Assembly (NCBI GenBank): GCA_008632985.1
Contig: QPGO01000134.1
Coordinates: forward strand, 124,001-188,000
Length of the DNA stretch: 64,000 nucleotides
Source: Psammoneis japonica
Lineage: Eukaryota
Direction of reading: 5' to 3'
Part shown: positions 21,681 through 31,039 of the stretch, in pieces
Layout: each line of letters starts with the position of its first letter
Numbering within the stretch: the stretch's first letter is position 1
Notes under the pieces: model-generated
What the model was told of the DNA's origin: nothing
What the model saw: only the letters and a program-made list of their open reading frames with translations
Database searches by the model: none
Translations under genes and position numbers: made by a program

Positions 21681-23700
21681 CAGTGCCACACTGGGAGGAG
21701 CAGGCTGATTTCCCCATGCCACAGAGGTGGAAAAAATTGAGCAGCCAGGGGGCGCTTGTCAGGGCGAGTGAGAAAGGCATGTGAGTGGAAGCAAATGTTG
21801 AGGAGAAAGACGTTCTGGAAGACCCAGTTGTCCAAGGGAGCTCAGAGGGCAATGACAGGACAGCTCCATTGGAAGTGCCAAGCAAAAATTGATGGGCAAA
21901 CCAACCAAGGGCAAAATGAGGCAGGTGATCAGCACGGGGGGTGTGAGAATCAGCAGGGTGCACACCTTCTGGCATGATGGCTGGGGTGGTCGGCAAGAAT
22001 GACAGAGCCAAATTGTGTGTCACAATTCCTGCACAACATTCTCTTGGCCTTCTTGTGGTGTGCCTCAGCAAGTGGGTTGGCAGAAGGGGCAGGCAAGCCA
22101 GGAGAGCAGGAAATGGATGGGGCCACCAGGGGGGTTGGCGGCTGGCAACATGTCGAGACAGCAAGAAGTGTGTGTGTGTGAGGTGCTGGGGGGGCTCCTG
22201 CAGAGGCAGCTGGAGTGAGCTGTGCACCAACACCAGCAGGGTGTGCTTGTGGGACAATGAGGGAGCAGGCTGGAGAGCTTTTTGTGGTGCGCAGGCTGTG
22301 GTGCACACCCAGCAAAGGAGTTGCTGCAGCAAATGCCAGAGAGATGGGCAACAGCAGTCTGTCAAAGGTTGGTGAAAAAGAGGCTGTCTTAGATGTCATT
22401 TTGAAAGCACAGACTTGTGTCTGATGGAGCAGCAGCAAAAAGAATGTTCCCCATGTTGGTTGGCTTGTCCCATGCAGAAGCACACTGCACCGATGTTGGC
22501 CAAGGGGGTCTTGGGTGGGAAGGCCCAGCTTGCACCACAACACGGAGCAAAAATGGGTCAGAGATTGGCTGTTGTCACTCAACAGAGCAAGCCAGAGAAT
22601 GAAGCAGATGGCTTGCAAGTGTGGCAACAGCAGAGGCTGCATCAGGGCTTCTTGAGCAATGTGCTGGGAGTGGTGAGAGTGCACCCTTTGCCAGAGTGTG
22701 CATGGGGGGGCAGGACAAAGGCAACAAGGAGCTGCCAACTCTGCCATGTGGCAGAACCTGCTGGACATTTTGGAGGTTTTTTGACATTTTCCTTTGCCGC
22801 ACACAGCACTCAAATGACATGAATGGAGCTGGCATGGCACAAAATGCATCTGACACTTGGCTCCTTTTAGATGACACCACAGGACACATTTCAGAACAAC
22901 AGTGGTGGCCAGGATGAGGAGGTTCAATGCCATCTTTTCTTTGGGCAGGGAGTTTTTGGGCAAATGAGCTGGCACCACACCCAGCACCTTGCAGTTTGAC
23001 AAGAAGTTGCTGTTGGTTGCTGGTTTCTCTGCACACACATTGGGGGCAATGAGACTGTGCCATCACATGCACAAAATGAAGCAATGAAGAACAGCAGGCA
23101 GCACCAGCAGCCAAGCTTTGCTTTGCTGGTGGCAGCTCTGACAAAAACTCCAAATCTTTTTCTCACCTCCTTTTGGATGCATTTGTTTTGCCTTCACCTC
23201 TTGAAGGGCAGCACAGAATGAGGCACGACTCTGCATGTGCAGTGAACTGGAGAAAGTGGCACCACAAGACAAGTGTTTGGGGGTGGGATCTGCCTGCTGG
23301 TTTTGTCAGCTCAGCAGACATGCTGCAAAAAGGTGACTTGTTCATGTCGTCTGCCGCAAAGTGGTGTGGATCTCCTGTCTCCTGCACGAAAACAGTGGCA
23401 CCCATGGCAGTTTTCTGGGTTGGTTGGGGTGTGACCACTGTTCCAAGCTTCTAGAATGTCTGACAGTTTTGCCCCCCTGAGGATGATTGGGTCTGGTAAA
23501 AAAGAGAAGATCATCATCCAACTTGCGCTACAATGATGCGCAATTCTTGAAACAACACGTGTGTGGCAGAAAGAGTGCTGCGCCAGGTGATGGAAACCAA
23601 TGACTTGCAAGCTTCTTGTCCAGAGCACCACCGGTGCAACAGCAACCTGTTGAGCTCCGGCGGCCAAAACACTGATAGTGCATCGACTTATTTTATCAAT
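21681..23700. other. Heavily decayed relic sequence (TpA- and CpG-depleted); probably continues at 16188-16289 on the other side of the Gypsy insertion
   Basis: Only two TA dinucleotides found by eye in 21681-23450, few CG, and Tyr-free spurious ORFs on both strands. No recognisable protein family. Confidence 0.6.
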
Positions 23701-23772
23701 CAATAATTTCATGGTTGTGTCCATGTCCGATTATGAATCTCTACGGAAAACTACATTGGAACTTCGAACTCG

Positions 23773-24828
23773 TCACCGCGATGTCGCATCCCGCTCACTT
23801 TTTTTTTCTGACTGAGGGTGTTGCCGTCCGCCTCCATGCTGAGCACGCTTCTCTCTCTGTAGTAAAAAGTCTGGAGGACAAGGAGCTCCTCCTCCCTCCT
23901 CGTTGGGTTCCCGTCGTTTTCGATTCCAACCGCCAACAGAGTCGGGCGAAATGATCGCCATGAGGGCTCGAGGAGGATTTTGTGATATGTGTTGGGCCAT
24001 GACTCGAGCGGCCTCTTGCTCGACTCGATGCAGCTCGGACTGAACAACCAGCGCATCGCTTTCACGGTGGAGTCTTTTCTTTTGCGAAACAACAAACTGA
24101 GACAAAATGAAAGATGAACATTGTCATGGTGAGGCTTCAAGCTATTGTGTTGTCTTGCGTACGACTATCTTGCACAGCAAACACCTTACCTTTCCAATTT
24201 CGTTCAAATCATGATTTGATATATGCTGTTTACTAGTCACACATACTTCTCCCCCCAGTTGCCGCGATAACCGACACGAACCCTCATCATTTGATTCTAG
24301 GCAAACAAATAAAAAGTGAGAAGCATTGCATAAGTTGGGCATACGAGCTACTTCAAAGGATATATTTGCTTACGCACCCATTATATGTAAACATGGCCAG
24401 CCGCTTATCAGTTCCTCGTCATCTTCTAATATTGCGCTGCCTCGTATAAAAATTCCAAACTTGAGACCCTGAACTCCAATCAACGGGAGAAGCGATGCAA
24501 TGGCAGCGCCTCGCCCAACTCCCAGTATTCCCGCAAATGGCATCGACTTCCACGTCTGTTGAAGATGTAATAATGATGCATCCAGACCGGTATATTGTTT
24601 CTCATTTTGTTCCCACCAAATTCGACGTGGCGGTCCGTTGTCGTCGTCTTGTTGTGGATGCTCCTCCTGTCGAATCAGGGGACTGTTGATGTATACCAAT
24701 TCCACGCCGTGTTTGTCATACAGTCGTTCATCGAGGACCTTGATTGACTGATGGAGCTCCAATGCGTTTGACTCCGAATCATGTAAACACAGGATGCGTA
24801 GCAATACATTGCCATTGACAGTCGCCAT
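23773..24828 (-). CDS. FSH1/OVCA2-like serine hydrolase family protein (three exons)
   Basis: LRILCLH, PFAGILGVGRGAAIA, LKFGIFIRG and PCLHIMG. Predicted splicing through a short exon near 24190-24298 to the 23773-24105 frame. The usual GFSQG serine is replaced (GVGRG). Confidence 0.65.
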
Positions 24829-25294
24829 GGTGAGCGTTACTTATTTTTTATTTTTTTGAGAAGCGCGAGAGCGGAGAGTGACACGACCTGGATCGCGCTC
24901 GCGCTTTCGCGAGATCCCGTCCGTCCATCCTCACGCGCCGCCAGGCGACTCCTCTGCTGGCAAGAAAACACTGATGCGGTATGTTTCGGACAAGACAACA
25001 AACGACCAAAATATTTTCGAAATGATTTATATACCGCCTTGAATAATTAGTCATTCAACTTACGTCACCTCGTTTCAAACTCGACAATCGTCAGCGAATG
25101 GAAACATCGGAGAAAGGAATCGTCGAGACTGACTATTTCAAATCATACGAAATAAATGTACCATTTTCACGTGAGAAAGCTTTTCGTATTCAAATCTGGA
25201 TTCCCTCTTTCGCCAACAAGGGCAAACGACGAGATGCAAGGCGGCGATCGATCGGCACTCGGGTGTCACAGTTGGAAAGAAAGAAAAGTCAACC

Positions 25295-26824
25295 ATGAAG
25301 GTCGCCAAAACCCTCCTCTTTGCCACGTTCTGTGCGAGCGCTGTGTCGTCGTTCGGCATTAATAGTGGAACGGCCAGCACTGTCAAGAGTATCGTGAACA
25401 AGGCGGCGTTCTCCAACAACAAGCCCATGGTTCAAGCCGTGGATGTGAACGGAAATCGCATGTCCTCGATTGTAAGTTTTTTCCTCGTCTTGGGTATCGG
25501 CGGCGTGTCCTTGTGTGATGGTGTTCGGTGATACCGCATCTGGTTTGTCTTGTGGGAGAGCAGAGGCGACGCATTATTCATCCCATCTTGGTCCATCCTT
25601 GATGTGGCGTGTCAACCAAGTGGAAGTGTTTTGCAGGAAAGATATGTATTTCAAGATTCCGTTATGTGCCGACATGGAACTGTCTTTCTACGTTGTCCAC
25701 GGAATTCTATGGACGTTTTCTCAGCCAATAGAAAGCGAGAGTTCTTGTTTGAACACATCCGGGTCCTCCCTTCGTTTTTGTCCTCACTTTTCTCCGCTCA
25801 CTTTTTCGTCGCAATGTAGTCTCTCAAGGAAACCGCTGGAGGCGAAGCTATGGAAAGCCGCGGAGGCGGTGTTGCAGACTCCATCAAGTCCTTGGATATT
25901 CCTCTCTTGTTGTACTTTCTCTTTTGGTATGTTGGAAACTACATGTACAACATTACGAACAAGTTGGCACTCAAGGCCGCCGGTGGCTCGGAGGGTTTCC
26001 CCATGGCCATTTCTTCCATGCAGCTTGCTGTTGGTTGCCTTTACGGTATCTTTTTGTGGGTCGCTCCTGACGCTCGCGCCAGTCCATCGGTCACTTTGGA
26101 CGATTTGGTAAAGATGCTCCCCGTTGCCTTTTGCTTTATGGGCGCCCACTCTGCCTCTGTCTTTGCCATGGGTGCCGGTGCCGTGTCCTTTGCCCAAATC
26201 GTCAAGGCCGCTGAGCCCGCCTTTGCCGCCGTCTTGGCTCAGTTTGTCTATGGCAAGAAGGTGTCCAAGGCCAAGTGGATGTGCCTTCCCATTATTATTG
26301 GAGGTGTCATTCTGGCCTCTGTGAAGGAGCTCGACTTTGCCGTGTCTGCTCTTGTTTCGGCGTGCATTGCCAACCTCTTTGCTGCCTTCAAGGGTAACGA
26401 GAACAAGAAGCTCATGGAGACGGAAGGTCTTAAGGAGCGCATCGGATCGGTCGGTAACCAGTTTGCCTTGACTTCCATCTTGGGTTTCCTCTTGAGTATT
26501 CCTCTCGTCGTTGCTAAGGAAGGTTCCAGGCTCGGAGAATTTTTCGACTTGGTCAAGACCAACAAGGCAGTGTGGTCCAATGTTGTTGCGTCCGGTCTCT
26601 GGTTCTACGGTTACAATGAGTTGGCTACCATGACCCTCAAGAAGACGGGTGCTGTTACCCAGAGTGTGGCCAACACGGCCAAGCGTGTCATTGTGATTGT
26701 CGGTGTCGCTCTTGTCTTGGGTGAGTCGCTTGACCCAATCAAGTTGCTCGGATGCAGTATCGGAATTGGAGGTGTCTTCCTCTATTCCATTATTGACAAC
26801 ATCGTCAAGCCTGAGGAGGATTAA
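25295..26824 (+). CDS. TPT: Plastid triose-phosphate/phosphate translocator (intron 25472-25819)
   Basis: Bipartite presequence (signal peptide ending AVSS-FG). TPT motifs GAVSFAQIVKAAEPAF and TQSVANTAKRVIVIV. In-frame splice. Confidence 0.92.
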
Positions 26825-27211
26825 AGTTTTATTATTATTTGTTGCAAGGCCTTTGTCGCTTATTCCCGTAATATAATATCTATCTAGTTTCGTTTTGTTG
26901 CTATGAATCCAATTGCTACTCCAGCTTTTGTATGAAAAGGGATAACGGCACATCGTAGGCCCCAGTCTTTAGTCTTCGCAGAACTAGGTCTAGATTGCGA
27001 GCAAAGTACGTAGGTTTTCCGAGACTTCCCAAACGTTCTAACGACAGTCCGCACTCATTGCCTATTCATCGGCCAGGGACATGGCATGCTGTGCAAGGGA
27101 AGGAGTAGGCAGAAAGTCTTACAGGTACTAGTATGGAAAGGAAGCGTTGTTCTAACTTGACACGTTTTCACTAAAATACGAGCAACAGCTACCAACAACA
27201 AGCATTCCCTT

Positions 27212-27999
27212 TTAAAATTCGTCATGCTCATCCATGTCGCCAAAATCGTCCTCGTCTTCTTCCTCGAGAACACCTCCTTTGCTCAAGAAAACAGCTCGGG
27301 TGTATTTGTAATCCCCATCCTCCTTGATTTTCTTGACATCTGCCTGGAAGGCCTTTTCCATTTTCTCGTACTGCGCTTGAAGATCCATAAGCTTGGATTC
27401 AAAGTCTCCTTCGGCGGCCTTGACCTTGGAATCAATCTCCTTGATGGTTGCTTGCAAGTCTTCGACGGATTTCTTTTCCAATTCTCCGATAAGCTTCTTC
27501 GTCGCCTTGTCACAGGCGTCTTGATTCTTGACGGAGCACACGGGTTTGGAGATGTTATCCTTGGCAAACGCATTCAAATCATCAAAGGACCGTCCGCCTT
27601 CGTAATTGTCCAAGTCACCACTGGGATCGCCGTGCAACAGGGTGGGGAAACCCTCAATGTTGAAGCGGCCGCAGAGTTCTGCTTCGTTGTCACAGTCGAC
27701 TTCGGCAACGAGACCCACCTCGTGACCCTCCCATTCGCCCGCGAGCTTTTCCCAGTCCGGAGCGAGTGCCTTGCAATGGCCGCACCTGAATATGACATAA
27801 AAAAGCGTGAGAGGCAGTCAGGTAGACTACAGCATGCACGATTGCACGTCAAAAACTCGAAACAGAACATACCATGGAGCAAAGAATTTAATAAATACAG
27901 TCTTTCCTGCAGTCTTTTCAGCAAAGTTTGCATCCGTCAGACTAAGGACACTAGCAGCAGAAGCCCCGAGGCAAGCATAGAGATCAAGGCAAGGCGCAT
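27212..27999 (-). CDS. ER thioredoxin/PDI-like protein with a single WCGHC domain and HDEF end (intron 27786-27872; apparent 1-bp deletion near 27970)
   Basis: Spliced FIKFFAPW-CGHCKAL, VAEVDC, GFPTL, coiled-coil tail, HDEF retention-like signal. Confidence 0.85.
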
Positions 28000-28488
28000 C
28001 ATTTTGTTATTGTATGGAAGAGGGTAACACAAAAAAGTGGAATTTTGGTTGTTGCTCAACGCTTTGTTTTGTGGTGGTTGCCACGCGTTGTGTTTTTCGA
28101 AAAATCTTTGATCTTCGCGTTCTCATGAAAATGACTTTGGACAGCAGAATGACTTATGGGCGCGCGAATGATACGCGCGCAAAAGTTGGCCTTTGGCACT
28201 TTGCCGCGTTTTTTGATCCTCTGCACTCTTGTGAGTCACTGCAGAAGCAACTCCGCCAACAAGACGATCAATACCATTCAGTTGACAATCCTCCTGGAAG
28301 GGCCGCAAGAGTAGAACAAGTTTGCACACAACATGGCGTCGATCGTCTCCCACTTGCAGAGACCAGTGTCGAGCTAGAGTGTAGTACGTTGATACACAGG
28401 TTTCTTGCGTTTTTCCTCTAGGTTATAAAGCTACTATATAGCTTCTTGCTGCTACTAAAAAATGGTTTGATTCCCAAGATGTCTGTAT

Positions 28489-29622
28489 TTACAGCTCGTC
28501 ATGTTCATCTTCGTCATCAACTTCCTCGATCACACCACCCTTCTTCAACAAAATGGCCTTTGTGAACTTGTAGTTGCCTTCTGCCTTAATGGCCTTGGTC
28601 TCAGCCGCATTGATGCTTTCGTACTTGGAGTACTCGGCTTGGATCTTGTTCAAGTGCTCTTCAAAGACATCATCGGAAGCCTTGATTTTCGCGTCCATAT
28701 CCTTGACTCGCTTGGTCAACTCCTCCACGCTAACCTTTTCGAGACTTGCCAAGAGTTCCTTGACTTCGTCACTGCACGAGTCGGGATTCTCCACGGTGCA
28801 TGGTGGCTTGTCAAGAGTATTCTTGGCAAAGGCCGACAACTCTTCAAAGGAGCGTCCTTCCTCGTACTTTTCCAACTCGCCCTGGGCGTTGCCGTACAGC
28901 ATGGTGGGGTATCCCTCGAGTCCGTATTTGCCGCACAATTCCTGTTCCTCGTCGCAGTTGATTTCCGCAACCAAACCGATTTCGTGGCCCTCCCACTCGG
29001 CAGCAAGCTTTTCCCAGTCGGGAGCGAGCTTTTTGCAGAATCCACACCAAGGAGCAAAGAACTTGATAAAGACAGTCTTTCCCTCGGTCATTTCATCAAA
29101 GTTCTCCGAAGTCAACTGAATGACTGCAGACTCCTCGTCGTCCTCAAAGGTCGTTTCATTGGCAGGCATGGCAATGTTGGCATTGGCAAACTTGGACAAG
29201 TGATCGTAGGTACGGTCGGCCTCGTACTTTTTGAGCTTGCCCTCGGGGTTACCGTACAACATGGTGGGGTATCCCTCCAAGTCATACTTCATACAAAGTT
29301 CCTGCTGCTCGTCGCAGTTCACTTCGGCAACGAGACCATTCTCGTGTCCATCGAATTCCTCGGCAAGCTTTTCCCAATCTCCAGCCATTTGCTTGCAAAA
29401 GCCGCACCTAATAAACAACAGCAACAGTACCAATGTAAGAAATGATAAAACACGTTGTAGTCACGATTCAAAAAGAACAACGACATACCAAGGAGCAAAG
29501 AATTTAATAAAGACATTCTTTCCGGCAGTCACTTCGTTGAAGTTCTTGTCGGTGAGAGAAATCACGCCGCCAGCAGAAGCCGCGGGGATGAGAGCAAGGA
29601 CAGTCAAGAAGGAGAAACGCAT
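28489..29622 (-). CDS. ER PDI-like protein with two WCGFC thioredoxin domains and HDEL (intron about 29408-29487)
   Basis: Signal peptide MRFSFLTVLALIPAASA, two FIKFFAPWCGFCK domains, C-terminal HDEL. Tandem paralog of 27212-27999. Confidence 0.9.
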
Positions 29623-29941
29623 CGTGTTGATTGCAAAAAGCAAGTAAGTTGAGATTGTGAGTAGCAGAAAATTGTGAGCGATTATTTCATCTTGCCTGCA
29701 GTGGTATTGGATCAATCGACTCGGCACTCGTTCTCACTTCTATTCTTCGTTTTCAGTTTGAAACCGAATTGCGTCTGAAAAAGTGCGGGGTTGCGATCCC
29801 GTGAAGAGTTTGAAGTTTCCCTCCGACAAAATCGCGCGTTTTTGGCGCTAAGACGATGCGGAAGATCTATCGCGCGACTTTGTGCGCGAATCACACAATC
29901 TTTTTTCTGCCGACAAAGAGAAGCATCAAACATCAATAACC

Positions 29942-30509
29942 ATGGCGCTCACACTCTTGAACTACTTTGTCTGGGATATCGAGGTACGACGGTGATCTCA
30001 TGTATCTTCATATTGTAAATTTGTGTAAAGTGTAGATTCTCTGGTTCAGAAGCAAAAGACAAGGAACTTGTTACTCTCGGAACAGGAGTGTCGCATCCTC
30101 ATTTGAATCCTGCGTAGAAATTCCGTATCCTTTCTACGTGAGAATCTTTTTGCTTCGGTCGTGTCTGATTTTCGATTTGTGTCTCTCAAAACACTTTTCT
30201 CTGCGTTGCCATTGTCTCTCCTACTTTCAGGAAGCTCGTGTTCCCTTTATGATTGCCGATGGGGTCGTCGTTGCGGCATTACACTTTATTGAAAGGGGTG
30301 TCAAATCCGAACGAGCAATGCAGGAAATGACTGCTGGGAAGAAAGCCGGCATTGCAAACGAACAGTACAAGCAGTCGGGTCGAGCGCTCAAGAAGCAGAA
30401 CTATGCTGATCAAAAGAGGAATATGAAGATGCAAAAATACAATGCAAACGGCATCAATAGGAATAATCAGGGGATTATTCAACAACCCAACAAGGGCAAG
30501 GCGAACTAA
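29942..30509 (+). CDS. Small hypothetical protein (exons 29942-29983 and 30231-30509)
   Basis: ATG exon MALTLLNYFVWDIE with a GTACG donor joins in phase to the TTTCAG acceptor and the open frame ending ...QQPNKGKAN. Confidence 0.5.
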
Positions 30510-30731
30510 CTTCTGTTTTGCCAGAGAGAGAGAGAGAGAGCCTTATTAGATGAGAGAAACAGAATCGGAGCTGCATTGTCGAGTTTGAAGAATATCATCT
30601 TCAAGCTTTTCAGCATGGTATGCCGTTATTGTTGATAAGAGGCATCGCGCTCGATTCGATTAGAGTGTATTGTTGCACTTGGAAGCATTGGGCTTTACAT
30701 AATTTTACTATAGGAACGCTATTGTTCACTC

Positions 30732-30943
30732 TAGCTCTAATGCTGAAACTAACTGTAGCTTATTGTAATTGATGCTGTGCCGCTTTGTATCAGCTTAGTC
30801 CGACACGCCTTGTTCGTTATCTTTGACAGCTTCGTGTGGTTAGCTTTAATACTGAAAGCAACTGTAGCTTATTGTAATCGATGCAGTTCCGCCTTTGTAC
30901 CAGCCTCATCTGACACGCCTTGCTCGTTATCTTTGACTGCTTC
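30732..30943. repeat. Two diverged tandem units (period about 109 bp), each containing a copy of the eEFSec 3' end
   Basis: Units 30732-30833 and 30841-30943. The minus strand of unit 2 reads EQGVSDEAGTKAELHRLQ-stop. Confidence 0.8.
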
Positions 30944-31039
30944 CTACGGTTGCTTCTTCAGCTCCAAAGCTGTCCATCTTTTCCCCTCTGTCGTTGGAGA
31001 TAACCTCTTCTTTCGAAGGCGTAGCAAACAATGGATTGA

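Noticed and set aside
8716..23460. Alternative genetic code, or genuinely Cys/His-rich metal-binding proteins in the transposons
   Set aside because: Host genes use TAY for Tyr normally, the two copies disagree (Cys versus His versus Tyr) at the same sites, and non-coding LTRs show the same changes.
8716..23460. Classical fungal RIP or CpG deamination alone as the explanation
   Set aside because: Both are C>T processes that create or spare TpA. Here TpA is the dinucleotide being destroyed. CpG decay is present but is only part of the pattern.
25784..29445. Long antisense ORFs (25784-26953, 27224-28027, 28501-29445)
   Set aside because: Mirror frames of strongly codon-biased TPT and PDI genes, with no independent motifs.
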